Shown here: positions 50,180 through 59,115 of the stretch, one piece after another
Layout: each line of letters opens with the position of its first letter
Position numbering within the stretch: position 1 is the stretch's first letter
DNA from: Pseudoprimorskyibacter sp.
GTDB lineage: Bacteria; Pseudomonadota; Alphaproteobacteria; Rhodobacterales; Rhodobacteraceae
NCBI GenBank assembly: GCA_034670065.1
Contig: JAXMOG010000003.1
Coordinates: 226,392 to 290,391, forward strand
Direction: 5' to 3'
Length of the DNA: 64,000 bases
Translations under genes and position numbers: made by a program
Notes under the pieces: generated by a model
Seen by the model: the letters and a program-made list of their open reading frames with translations, nothing else
What the model was told of the DNA's origin: nothing
Databases searched by the model: none

Positions 50180-50268
50180 CCGGGCTTTCTCCTCCCTTCC
50201 TGCCCGGACATGACCCCGGCGATGGCATCTTCCTCCTCCCTGATGTCATCGCCCCGGAATTCCGGGGC
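50180..50268 (+). ncRNA. ccsR: CcsR/cuckoo-type sRNA unit 2
   Basis: Hairpin CCGGGC-[TTTCTCCTCCCTTCCT]-GCCCGG lies at 50180-50207. Hairpin GATGGCATC-[TTCCTCCTCCCT]-GATGTCATC (one G-U pair) lies at 50221-50250. The palindromic hairpin GCCCCGGAATTCCGGGGC lies at 50251-50268. Confidence 0.7.
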
Positions 50269-50290
50269 CGAATTGGCCTCACAGAAGATC

Positions 50291-50368
50291 GGAGCCCCTC
50301 TCCTCCTCCCTGGGGTCCCGTAACCTGGAAACGGCGGCGCACCTCCTCCCTAGCGCCGCCGTTTTTTT
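50291..50368 (+). ncRNA. ccsR: CcsR/cuckoo-type sRNA unit 3, ending in a Rho-independent terminator
   Basis: Hairpin GGAGCCCC-[TCTCCTCCTCCCT]-GGGGTCCC lies at 50291-50319. The terminator hairpin GGCGGCGC-[ACCTCCTCCCTA]-GCGCCGCC lies at 50333-50360 and is followed by G+T7. Confidence 0.75.
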
Positions 50369-50370
50369 GC

Positions 50371-50435
50371 GTTTGGGGCAGCCAAACGAGGGGCCAGCCC
50401 CTCGTGCTCCCCGAGGTATTTCCAAACAGAAGAAG
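50371..50435 (-). repeat. Dispersed intergenic repeat, copy A (core CTTCTTCTGTTTGGAAATACCTCGGGGAG on the minus strand plus GC hairpins)
   Basis: The core at 50407-50435 matches 58976-59003 in inverted orientation (25 of 29 positions, 1 gap). Adjacent hairpins are ACGAGGGG-CCAG-CCCCTCGT (50386-50405) and GTTTGG/CCAAAC (50371-50387). Confidence 0.6.
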
Positions 50436-50506
50436 AACAGGGGGTTTTCCCCGCCCATCCCATTGGGTACAGCAGAGCGGATGAATTTTGCCCTGCGAGA
50501 TACCCA

Positions 50507-53434
50507 ATGACGATGGACAAGACCTTTGATGCCAGCACTGCCGAAGCGCGGATTTACGAGACTTGGGAAAACGCCGGCGCGTTCAAGGCCGGCGCGAACG
50601 CGTCCAGGCCCGAAACCTTCTCCATCATGATCCCGCCGCCCAATGTGACAGGGTCGCTGCACATGGGGCATGCGTTTAACAATACGCTGCAAGATATTCT
50701 GATCCGCTGGAAGCGCATGCAGGGGTATGACACACTGTGGCAGCCCGGCACGGATCACGCGGGTATTGCCACGCAAATGGTGACAGAGCGCGAGATGGCG
50801 GCCAATCAGGAGCCATCGCGCCGTGAAATGGGGCGCGAGGCCTTTGTTCAGCGGGTCTGGCAGCAAAAAGTCAAATCGCGCGGAACAATCATTGGTCAGC
50901 TGAAACGGCTGGGCGCCTCCTGCGATTGGTCGCGTGAAGCCTTTACCATGGGCGGCGCTGCCGGTGATCCCGATGCGGGCAAGGGCGCGCCGAACTTCCA
51001 CGACGCGGTGATCAAGGTCTTTGTGGACATGTATCACAAAGGGCTGATCTATCGTGGCAAACGGTTGGTGAACTGGGACCCGCATTTTGAGACGGCCATT
51101 TCCGATTTGGAAGTGGAAAACCTCGAAGTTGCGGGCCATATGTGGCACTTCAAATACCCGTTGGCGGGTGGCGCGACCTATACCTATGTCGAGAAGGATG
51201 AGGATGGGACTGTCGTTCTGGAAGAAGAGCGCGATTACATCTCTATCGCCACGACACGGCCTGAAACCATGCTGGGGGATGGCGCTGTTGCTGTGCACCC
51301 ATCAGATGAACGTTATGCGCCAATTATTGGAAAACTATGCGAGATTCCGGTTGGCCCCAAAGAGCAGCGTCGTTTGATCCCAATCATCGTTGATGAGTAC
51401 CCGGACCCCGATTTCGGCTCTGGCGCGGTGAAGATTACCGGCGCGCATGACTTCAATGACTACGGAGTGGCCAAGCGCGGTGGCATTCCGCTGTACCGCT
51501 TGTTGGACACACGCGCGCAAATGCGCGACGACGGTGCGCCCTATGCAGAGGCCGCCGCCATTGCGATGGCTGTGGCCAAGGGCGAGCGCGCGTTGACCGG
51601 TGCCGAGGCCGATACCGTGAACCTGGTGCCTGATCATCTGCGCGGGCTGGACCGGTTTGAGGCGCGTAAAAAAGTGGTGGCTGAGATCACCGCCGATGGC
51701 TTGGCCGTGATGACCAATTCGGACGATCCGCGACTGGGCCCCAAACCCAAGCTGAAAAAAGGGGAAGAGGCGCCGCCCGTCACCCAAGTGCCCTTGGTAG
51801 AAGCCAAGGCGATTATGCAGCCGTTTGGCGACCGCTCGAAGGTGGTGATTGAGCCGATGTTGACGGACCAGTGGTTTGTGGACGCGGATAAAATCGTGGG
51901 TCCGGCACTGGACGCCGTCAAGGATGGCACCGTTAAGATCGCACCAGAAAGCGGCGAGAAGACCTATTACCACTGGCTGGAGAACATCGAGCCATGGTGT
52001 ATCTCGCGTCAGCTGTGGTGGGGGCATCAGATTCCGGTTTGGTTCGATGCCGAAGGCAACGAGTATTGCGCACCAACTGAAGAAGACGCTCAGGCGCTTG
52101 CGGGTGCAGGCGTTGCTTTGACCCGCGACCCCGACGTGCTGGACACCTGGTTCTCTTCCGGCCTTTGGCCCATCGGCACGCTGGGCTGGCCCGAAGAAAC
52201 AGATGAGCTGAAAAAATACTTCCCCACCAGCGTTCTGGTGACCGGGCAGGACATTTTGTTCTTCTGGGTCGCGCGGATGATGATGATGCAACTGGCCGTG
52301 GTCGATGAGATCCCGTTCCACGATGTGTACCTGCACGGGCTGGTGCGTGACGCCAAGGGCAAGAAGATGTCCAAGTCGCTGGGCAATGTCGTTGATCCGC
52401 TTGAGATCATTGACGAATACGGCACCGATGCGCTGCGTTTCACCAATGCGGCAATGGCCAGCCTTGGCGGCGTTTTGAAGCTGGATATGCAGCGGATTGC
52501 AGGCTACCGCAACTTTGGCACCAAGCTGTGGAACGCCACACGCTTTGCCGAGATGAACGGTGTCTTCGAAGGGCGCGTTCCGTCATCTGACGTGCCAATG
52601 GCCACAGCCACGGTGAACAAGTGGATCATCGGCGAAACCGCCCGTGTGCGTGCCGAGGTAGATGGCGCATTGGCCGCCTATCGCTTTGATGATGCCGCTG
52701 CAGCGCTGTACCGCTTTGTCTGGGGTAAGGTTTGCGATTGGTATGTCGAATTTTCCAAACCCTTGCTGGATGAAAAAGCCCCGGAACGTGCGGAAACACA
52801 GGCTGTTATGGGCTGGGTCATCGACCAGTGCCTGATCCTGCTGCACCCGATCATGCCTTTCATCACCGAAGAGCTTTGGAGTGTGACAGGCGACCGCGAC
52901 AAGATGTTGATCCACGCGGATTGGCCAACCTATGGCGATGATCTGATCGACGCGAACGCAGATGTCGAAATGAACTGGACCGTAGCGCTGATCGAAAGCA
53001 TCCGCTCTGCACGGGCACAGATGCATGTGCCTGCAGGGCTGTATCTGCCATTGGTCGTACGTGACATGGATGGCGCCGCGCGCGCAGCCTGGGACAACAA
53101 CGAGACGCTGATCAAACGTCTGGCCCGTATTGAGGACCTGACGGTGGTTGACGCCTTCCCCAAGGGCTGTGCCACGGTTCCTGCCCAAGGCGCGACCTTT
53201 GGATTGCCATTGGAAGGCACCATCGACATTGCCGAAGAAATGGCACGTCTGGAAAAAACGCTGGGCAAGTTGGCCAAGGAAATTGGCGGGCTGAAGGGCC
53301 GTTTGAACAACCCCAAATTCGTGGAAAGCGCCCCAGACGAAGTGGTGGAAGAAGCCCGCGCCAATCTGGCGGCGCGCGAAGGCGAAGAAGCCAAGCTGAA
53401 AGACGCGCTGGAGCGTTTGGCAGAACTGGGCTGA
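50507..53434 (+). CDS. valS: Valine--tRNA ligase
   Basis: 975 aa; [16 protein letters not shown] (HIGH), KMSKSLGN (KMSKS), and a C-terminal coiled coil. Confidence 0.95.
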   Translation: MTMDKTFDASTAEARIYETWENAGAFKAGANASRPETFSIMIPPPNVTGSLHMGHAFNNTLQDILIRWKRMQGYDTLWQPGTDHAGIATQMVTEREMAANQEPSRREMGREAFVQRVWQQKVKSRGTIIGQLKRLGASCDWSREAFTMGGAAGDPDAGKGAPNFHDAVIKVFVDMYHKGLIYRGKRLVNWDPHFETAISDLEVENLEVAGHMWHFKYPLAGGATYTYVEKDEDGTVVLEEERDYISIATTRPETMLGDGAVAVHPSDERYAPIIGKLCEIPVGPKEQRRLIPIIVDEYPDPDFGSGAVKITGAHDFNDYGVAKRGGIPLYRLLDTRAQMRDDGAPYAEAAAIAMAVAKGERALTGAEADTVNLVPDHLRGLDRFEARKKVVAEITADGLAVMTNSDDPRLGPKPKLKKGEEAPPVTQVPLVEAKAIMQPFGDRSKVVIEPMLTDQWFVDADKIVGPALDAVKDGTVKIAPESGEKTYYHWLENIEPWCISRQLWWGHQIPVWFDAEGNEYCAPTEEDAQALAGAGVALTRDPDVLDTWFSSGLWPIGTLGWPEETDELKKYFPTSVLVTGQDILFFWVARMMMMQLAVVDEIPFHDVYLHGLVRDAKGKKMSKSLGNVVDPLEIIDEYGTDALRFTNAAMASLGGVLKLDMQRIAGYRNFGTKLWNATRFAEMNGVFEGRVPSSDVPMATATVNKWIIGETARVRAEVDGALAAYRFDDAAAALYRFVWGKVCDWYVEFSKPLLDEKAPERAETQAVMGWVIDQCLILLHPIMPFITEELWSVTGDRDKMLIHADWPTYGDDLIDANADVEMNWTVALIESIRSARAQMHVPAGLYLPLVVRDMDGAARAAWDNNETLIKRLARIEDLTVVDAFPKGCATVPAQGATFGLPLEGTIDIAEEMARLEKTLGKLAKEIGGLKGRLNNPKFVESAPDEVVEEARANLAAREGEEAKLKDALERLAELG

Positions 53435-53510
53435 TCCTTTAAAAACGTGGTGTGGCGGGCCTTTGCCCGCCCGCCCCGACGGCTGTAACGCTATCCGCTA
53501 TACGATGGTA

Positions 53511-54959
53511 TTAACCGCGCCAGAACCGTGGCGTCAGAATAGCAAAAACCGCCAACAGCTCTAGACGCCCCAGCAGCATTGCGAATGACAGCAGCCATTT
53601 GGCCGTGTCGTTCAGCCCGGAAAAGTTGCCAGACGGGCCGATGCGATCGCCCAAGCCAGGACCGATATTGGCCAGCGCGGTGGCCGCACCGGAAACCGAG
53701 GTCACAAAATCCAGCCCCGTCATGGCCAGAGCGACCGAAAACAGCCCCATCGTCACGACGAAAAACCCAAAGAACGAAATCACAGAGTTCAGAACGTCAT
53801 CGCTTACCGGGTTGCCCTGATACCGAGGCACAAACACACCACTGGGCGTACGGATGCGACGCAACTGTGTGCGGATGGACGCTAGTAGAATCTGATACCG
53901 GAAGATCTTGATCGAACAGGCGGTTGAGCCCGCACAACCACCGATCAAACCGATAAAGAAGAAGATCGAAATCAGGAACGGGCCCCATCGCATATAATCC
54001 ACACTGGCGTAGCCCGTGCCTGTCATGATCGAAACGATATTGAACAGCGCTTCACGCACGGCCTGTTCGGGATGGTGTGGAAAGATCCACAGCAAGGTGA
54101 TCGCCGTAATCACCACCAAAACGCCCATCGTCCACAAAAAGCCGCGGACCTGTACATCACGGAACAATGCCCATCGGTTGCCGTTCAGGATTTGCACATA
54201 GCGCACAAAGGGCAGCGCCGCTGACAGCATAAAGACTGAGGCCACATATTCTGTAGGCCCTTGGAAGGTGCCGAACGAGGCGTCGTAGTTGGAAAACCCA
54301 CCCGTCGAAACCGTGGTCAGCGCATGCACAGTGGCATCGAAAATGTTCATGCCACACAGGACATAAGACAGTACGCAGGCCAGGGTAATCCCGACATAAA
54401 CCGTGGAAATGGATGAGGCGATCTGGGTCGCGCGCGGCAGAATTTTACCCATTGTATCAAAGGCTTCTGATCGGAAAATCTGCATGCCGCCGATCCGAAG
54501 CTCGGGCAGAAATACCATTGCCACAACAATAATCCCAACACCGCCCAGCCATTGCAGCAACCCGCGCCACAACAGCAACCCTTTGGGCAGATCATCCAGA
54601 CCCGAAAAAACCGTGGAACCAGTGGTTGTTAACCCGGACATGGCTTCGAAAAACGCATCCGTATAGCTGGCATCAGTCGCCCCCAGAACAAACGGAATAG
54701 CGCCAAATACGGGCAAGGCCACCCAGACCCCGGTTGTCAGCAAAAAGGTTTGTTGAATAGAGAGCCGCTCACTCAAGCCATTGGCACAAGCCAGCGCTGT
54801 CAGCCCACCGATAAAGACGCATAAGATAGAGCTTTCCAGAAATACATGCCACTGCCCGCGCCCTTCGGCCAGGTCCACCAACATTGGCAGCAGCATGGTC
54901 AGGCCCAAGGCCGCAACCAGAAGACCAATCACATAGGCAACGGGACGCACGTCAAACAT
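53511..54959 (-). CDS. trkH: Trk-type potassium uptake protein
   Basis: Multi-TM protein with TrkH selectivity-filter-like motifs ...MSGLTTTGSTVF..., ...TTVSTGGFSN..., ...IMTGTGYAS.... The start is at MFDVRPVAYVIG. Confidence 0.9.
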   Translation of the reverse strand: MFDVRPVAYVIGLLVAALGLTMLLPMLVDLAEGRGQWHVFLESSILCVFIGGLTALACANGLSERLSIQQTFLLTTGVWVALPVFGAIPFVLGATDASYTDAFFEAMSGLTTTGSTVFSGLDDLPKGLLLWRGLLQWLGGVGIIVVAMVFLPELRIGGMQIFRSEAFDTMGKILPRATQIASSISTVYVGITLACVLSYVLCGMNIFDATVHALTTVSTGGFSNYDASFGTFQGPTEYVASVFMLSAALPFVRYVQILNGNRWALFRDVQVRGFLWTMGVLVVITAITLLWIFPHHPEQAVREALFNIVSIMTGTGYASVDYMRWGPFLISIFFFIGLIGGCAGSTACSIKIFRYQILLASIRTQLRRIRTPSGVFVPRYQGNPVSDDVLNSVISFFGFFVVTMGLFSVALAMTGLDFVTSVSGAATALANIGPGLGDRIGPSGNFSGLNDTAKWLLSFAMLLGRLELLAVFAILTPRFWRG

Positions 54960-55060
54960 CCGCAAAGCGTTGGCGCGACCGCACGCCAGTGTCAAGAAGC
55001 AGTGCAGCAGTTGGGCTCAGCAACCTGTCGGTCGTGGCTTACAGATGCTAGATTTTCGAC

Positions 55061-55288
55061 CTACGCGCAGAAAAGATCGCGAAATACATGCGGTACGATA
55101 TCTTCGCGCCGCAGGCCCATCCGCGCCAGATCACGGTCGCTCTTTTCTTCCAAGGCAATCACTTGCCCCAAGCGCTGCCGTCGCAGCCCGGCGGGGTTCA
55201 CCCCCAACCCGATTTCCGCAAAGAACCTGTCAATCTTCGCCAGTGGGGAAGATTGCAGAAACACGATTTGGACATTGTCGATCTTCAT
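55061..55288 (-). CDS. DUF1127-like small protein (75 aa)
   Basis: C-terminal LRRQRLGQVIALEEKSDRDLARMGLRREDI fits the DUF1127 pattern. It lies upstream of trkH on the same strand. Confidence 0.5.
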   Translation of the reverse strand: MKIDNVQIVFLQSSPLAKIDRFFAEIGLGVNPAGLRRQRLGQVIALEEKSDRDLARMGLRREDIVPHVFRDLFCA

Positions 55289-55359
55289 GATGAGTTCACC
55301 TTTTCAACGATGTCCTCCCATGTCTGCCAGCATGAGCCTGTAGCGATATCCGAAACACT

Positions 55360-55396
55360 AAAAACAAAAAGACCTGCCAAGATTTCTGCTGGCAGG
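55360..55396 (-). terminator. Rho-independent terminator downstream of folE2
   Basis: On the minus strand CCTGCCA-(10 nt)-TGGCAGG is followed by TCTTTTTGTTTTT. Confidence 0.65.
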
Positions 55397-55469
55397 CCGG
55401 TGTTGCGATGTATCGGACACAGTCAAATGCCAGACAGCACGGAAAATTGGCGGGCTGGCGAGAAAATGA

Positions 55470-56573
55470 TCACCCGACGTGAAACAGCGTTGAAAACAGC
55501 CGCGGGTCCAAGCTGTCGGCGGCGAATGTATTGCCTTCGGTCAGCACCGACACAGCATCATGGCTATGCAAGCTTTCCTGATGGCTGGCCACAACACGGT
55601 AATCGCCCACACGTGGTTCTGCCTGCAATTGCTCTGCAAACAGGCGCGCAGCATCTTCTACAAAGATCGGATTGGCAGCGTTCAGTTCCGCAAATGCCTG
55701 CTCATCTTCTCGTTTTACCATCACCTGCGTTTCTGTTGGCACCGCACGGCGGCACATATCGATCAGATCCTCGAACCACAGGCACGGTGTGCCTTGCTCC
55801 ATCTCAACCGAAATCCGTGCAACAGACCGTTGTGAATGCGGTGTCGCCAATTGGCCACGCGCACGGCGCGCATGCTCGGACAATTCCAGCGAACACGGGC
55901 AGGTGGAACTGTAAACATAGTCCAGATGCACCATTCTGCGGCGCACGCCGTTATGCTCAAACAGCTCCAACGCGATGTCGTAGTACTGATAGCCCGTAAG
56001 CCCTGAACGCAGACTGTCCACCTTTACCGGAAAGGAAAACCGCATCTGGATTCGGGCATCAAAGCTTTCCAGATCCGTTTTATAATCGTCCAGCGCAGCC
56101 TCAATCACTTCAAACGAAAACGTCTTTTCCGCATGGCGATAAAACGATCGCATGATCCGGGACATGTTGATGCCCTTCTTGTCCGCCTCCAGGCTGACAG
56201 TCCCCGTCACACTGGTTTCCAATGTCAGGTTTCCATTGTCACGGGTTCGGTACTGAATCGGCAGCCGGAAATTTGAAATGCCGACGTGCTGGATCATCCG
56301 GTTTTCGCCCTTGATCAGCGAGGATGGCCCATTCTGCAAATCCGGCAATTCATCTTTATACGCCGCGTCCACAGTAAAATCGGCGGGGTACTGACGGGAC
56401 AAAACCGGGTAATCTGCACCGGGGGCCTGCGGTAACAAGCCTGCCACTGCCGGGTCCAGCGCCTCTACTTCAGACGGTTGAGACGCATCAGCCCAGCGAC
56501 GCAACAGCGCCAAGGCTTCCTCAGCTTCTTGCTGCGTTGGACGACGGTCCAGATCAGGCGAATATATGTTCAT
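55470..56573 (-). CDS. folE2: GTP cyclohydrolase I type 2 (FolE2/MptA family)
   Basis: ...IQHVGISNFRLPIQY...EADKKGINMSRIMRSF...VYSSTCPCSLELSEHAR...VASHQESLHSHDAV, the DUF198/GCYH-IB pattern. Confidence 0.8.
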   Translation of the reverse strand: MNIYSPDLDRRPTQQEAEEALALLRRWADASQPSEVEALDPAVAGLLPQAPGADYPVLSRQYPADFTVDAAYKDELPDLQNGPSSLIKGENRMIQHVGISNFRLPIQYRTRDNGNLTLETSVTGTVSLEADKKGINMSRIMRSFYRHAEKTFSFEVIEAALDDYKTDLESFDARIQMRFSFPVKVDSLRSGLTGYQYYDIALELFEHNGVRRRMVHLDYVYSSTCPCSLELSEHARRARGQLATPHSQRSVARISVEMEQGTPCLWFEDLIDMCRRAVPTETQVMVKREDEQAFAELNAANPIFVEDAARLFAEQLQAEPRVGDYRVVASHQESLHSHDAVSVLTEGNTFAADSLDPRLFSTLFHVG

Positions 56574-56816
56574 AGTGACCCCCTGCGGTCTGCGCGGACC
56601 TGCTATAGATAAGTTGCAGAGTCTCTTATTTCCATGGTTTTGTAGGTTTTACGCAGAAACAATGGTTTTGGATCAAATATTTCATTCAGGTCGCTGGGCC
56701 CCAATCCGGGGCCCAGACCTGTTCCGCCCAGCAATGTGCCAGGCAACTTTCGTCAGTCGGCTTTGACCGAAACGTCGAAACATGAATGCTCTAGCCCGAT
56801 CCAAAGGGCCAAAACA

Positions 56817-57998
56817 TCAGGCGGATTCCAACGCCTGCTTCAGGTCCGCAATCAGATCGTTCACATCTTCCAAACCTGCCGACAAACGCACCAACCCGTC
56901 AGATATTCCCAGGATGTCTTTGTCTTCCTGCGGCAGACGCTGATGCGTCGTAGTCGCCGGATGAGTGGCGATTGATTTGGCATCGGCGAAGTTGTTGGAA
57001 ATGGTGACAATCTTCAACGCGTTCAGGAACCGGAAACACGCCTCCTTGCCGCCAGCGACGTCAAAAGCCAGCACAGTGCCCCCTGACGGCGCCTGTGACA
57101 TGGCAATGGCGTGTTGCGGGTGGCTGGGCAACTGCGGATACCGCACAGACGTAAGCTTTGGATGCCCGTTCAGTGCCTGTGCAATCGTCATCGCTGTGGC
57201 GGCCTGTTCGCGCACACGCAAATCCAAGGTTTCCAGAGCCTTCAGATGGACCCAAGCGGTAAACGGGTTCATCGCAGCACCGGTGTGCTTGATATAGGTT
57301 TCGATGGGGCCGCGAATGATTTCTTTGTCACCACAAATGATGCCGCCCAGCATCCGGCCCTGCCCATCCACATGTTTGGTGGTCGAAACAATCACCAGAT
57401 CGGCGTTGCACGCTTTGGCATAGGAAAAGACAGGCGTGGCCATGGCATTGTCCACCAACACCTTGGCACCGTTTCGATGCGCCACTTCGCAAACATACCG
57501 CAGGTCAATCACTTCCAGCGTCGGGTTGGAAATGCTTTCCAGAAAGACCAATGTCGTGTCAGGCCCAATCGCCGCGTCCCATGCCGCGTTATCCGTGCCG
57601 TCAACCAGTGTGATTTTCACCCCAAAGCGAGCCAACACATCCTGCAGCACATACAGGCAAGATCCAAACAGCGCGCGCGAAGCAACCACATGATCGCCCG
57701 CCTTCAGCAACGCCATCAAGGCTCCGTTCACCGCCGCCATACCAGATGCGCAGGCAAAGGCATCTTCATAGCCTTCAATCAGCGCCATGCGGTCTTCGAA
57801 CATGCGTACCGTCGGGTTGCCATAGCGGGCATAGATGAACTCATCATCTCCCGCTTTCTGAAACCTCGCCTCCGCAGCTTCGGCCGTGTCATACACAAAA
57901 CCTTGCGTCAGAAACATGGCTTCGCTCACCTCACCATATTGGCTGCGGCGCGATCCGGCGTGAACCAATTGTGTCCGCCGGCTCCAGTCATTGCTCAT
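56817..57998 (-). CDS. metZ: O-succinylhomoserine sulfhydrylase (Cys/Met PLP family)
   Basis: MSNDWSRRTQLVHAGSRRSQYGEVSEAMFLTQGFVY...VVSTTKHVDGQG (PLP lysine). The ORF-track start 58160 is an extension into the leader. Confidence 0.85.
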   Translation of the reverse strand: MSNDWSRRTQLVHAGSRRSQYGEVSEAMFLTQGFVYDTAEAAEARFQKAGDDEFIYARYGNPTVRMFEDRMALIEGYEDAFACASGMAAVNGALMALLKAGDHVVASRALFGSCLYVLQDVLARFGVKITLVDGTDNAAWDAAIGPDTTLVFLESISNPTLEVIDLRYVCEVAHRNGAKVLVDNAMATPVFSYAKACNADLVIVSTTKHVDGQGRMLGGIICGDKEIIRGPIETYIKHTGAAMNPFTAWVHLKALETLDLRVREQAATAMTIAQALNGHPKLTSVRYPQLPSHPQHAIAMSQAPSGGTVLAFDVAGGKEACFRFLNALKIVTISNNFADAKSIATHPATTTHQRLPQEDKDILGISDGLVRLSAGLEDVNDLIADLKQALESA

Positions 57999-58037
57999 AT
58001 CAGTCGTCCTCTGGGTGCGCAGGCAGGCGCACCTCAC

Positions 58038-58070
58038 AAAAAAAACCCCGTTTCGGCCAAGCGAAAGGGG
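58038..58070 (-). terminator. Intrinsic terminator/attenuator inside the metZ leader
   Basis: On the minus strand CCCCUUUCG-(6 nt)-CGAAA(C)GGGG is followed by U8, 39 nt upstream of the metZ ATG. Confidence 0.6.
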
Positions 58071-58082
58071 GCTTTCGTCTGA

Positions 58083-58133
58083 CCTTTTAGCGGAATATTT
58101 AACGTGGCCCGCAATCCGGTAACAAATCGCCAC
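58083..58133 (-). promoter_or_regulatory. SAM-II-like (metA-motif) riboswitch aptamer candidate
   Basis: The minus strand reads GUGGCGAUUUGUUACCGGAUUGCGGGCCACGUUAAAUAUUCCGCUAAAAGG. It has a P1 stem GUGGC/GCCAC, GAUUU after P1, and an A-rich 3' tail CCGCUAAAA able to pair with the loop UUGCGG (pseudoknot). It lies upstream of a methionine-biosynthesis gene. Confidence 0.5.
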
Positions 58134-58267
58134 GCCGTCGAAATAAAGCCCGCACAGCAACAGGTCAAGCCTGTCTTACACAGGGCACATCACCGCAATG
58201 CGCGCATTTTGCCCCCCATTGCCGATCCCGCCGAAACCCGCATGATGGCCCAAACTCAGGAGGCCCC

Positions 58268-58951
58268 ATGACATCCGCAATAGATTTTTATTACTGGCCC
58301 ACGCCAAACGGCTGGAAAATCGCCATCGCCCTCGAAGAAATGGGCCTGCCCTACACCACCCACCTGATCAGGATCGGCGCCGGAGACCAGTACAAACCAG
58401 AGTTTCTGGCCATCTCCCCCAACAATAAAATCCCCGCCATCGTTGATCCGGACGGCCCCGACAATGACCCGGTATCAGTCTTTGAGACCGGCGCCATTCT
58501 GCTCTATCTGGCTGAAAAAACCGGACAGTTTGACGGCACCACCGCCCGCGAAAAGATCGCCGTGCGCGAATGGCTGATGTGGCAGATGGGCGGGCTGGGC
58601 CCAATGGCCGGCCAAGCGCATCACTTTCTGAAATTCGCCCCAGAAAACATTCCCTATGCGCAAAACCGATACGTCACCGAAACCGCGCGTCTCTACAAAG
58701 TGCTCGACACACGACTGGCCACAAATCGCTTTGTCGCCGGTGACACCTATACCATTGCTGATATGGCGATCTGGGGCTGGGCGTCTCTATGGGCCGGTCA
58801 AAACCAAACACTCGATGACAAACCCCACCTGAACCGCTGGTTAGAAGACGTCTTTGCCCGCCCCGCCGTGCGACGAGGCCGCGCCCTGCATATGGAGCTG
58901 CGCAAAGACCCAAAACCAGATCGCTATGGCGCTCAGCTGATCAGCAGATAG
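58268..58951 (+). CDS. yfcG: Nu-class glutathione S-transferase (YfcG-like)
   Basis: IDFYYWPTPNGWKIAIALEEMGLPY...PEFLAISPNNKIPAIVDPDG...FETGAILLYLAEKTG...WLMWQMGGLGPMAGQAHHF closely parallels E. coli YfcG as I recall it. Confidence 0.75.
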   Translation: MTSAIDFYYWPTPNGWKIAIALEEMGLPYTTHLIRIGAGDQYKPEFLAISPNNKIPAIVDPDGPDNDPVSVFETGAILLYLAEKTGQFDGTTAREKIAVREWLMWQMGGLGPMAGQAHHFLKFAPENIPYAQNRYVTETARLYKVLDTRLATNRFVAGDTYTIADMAIWGWASLWAGQNQTLDDKPHLNRWLEDVFARPAVRRGRALHMELRKDPKPDRYGAQLISR

Positions 58952-58975
58952 CGCGCGCCCCAAAAACGCCAGCGG

Positions 58976-59036
58976 CTTCTTCTGTTCAAAATACCTCGGG
59001 GAGTCCGCACCGCAGGCGCGGACGGGGCAGCGCCCC
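58976..59036 (+). repeat. Dispersed intergenic repeat, copy B (core CTTCTTCTGTTCAAAATACCTCGGGGAG plus GC hairpins)
   Basis: The core at 58976-59003 is followed by hairpins GTCCGC/GCGGAC (59003-59023) and GGGGC-AGC-GCCCC (59024-59036). It matches copy A at 50407-50435 in the opposite orientation. Confidence 0.6.
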
Positions 59037-59069
59037 ATTGGCAGGGCAGCGGCGCAGCCGATGACCTGC

Positions 59070-59099
59070 AAAAACAGCGCGCCGCCCACAGGGCGGCGC
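59070..59099 (-). terminator. Rho-independent terminator downstream of uvrD
   Basis: Perfect 9-bp stem GCGCCGCCC/GGGCGGCGC (59079-87 / 59091-99), followed on the minus strand by GCTGTTTTT. Confidence 0.7.
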
Positions 59100-59115
59100 T
59101 CAATCAGCCAGGGTG

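Noticed and set aside
50080-50368. Six spaced copies of CTCCTCCTCCC, which could be mistaken for a CRISPR array or tandem repeat
   Set aside because: The conserved element is only about 9-13 nt and always forms the loop between short inverted repeats of varying sequence. There are no 25-40-nt direct repeats, no uniform spacers and no cas genes. It is interpreted as sRNA hairpins.
49896-51298. Minus-strand ORFs 49896-50507 (203 aa) and 50279-51298 (339 aa) spanning the CcsR region and the valS 5' end
   Set aside because: They read through the six structured hairpins and the terminator, and are antisense to valS. The G/R/P-rich translations come from the GGGAGGAGG repeats and are not real proteins.
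56694-56716. Perfect 9-bp hairpin CTGGGCCCC-AATCC-GGGGCCCAG between metZ and folE2
   Set aside because: There is no U-tract on either strand and no second copy in the window. It may be a weak terminator or stabiliser for metZ, but evidence is insufficient to call it.
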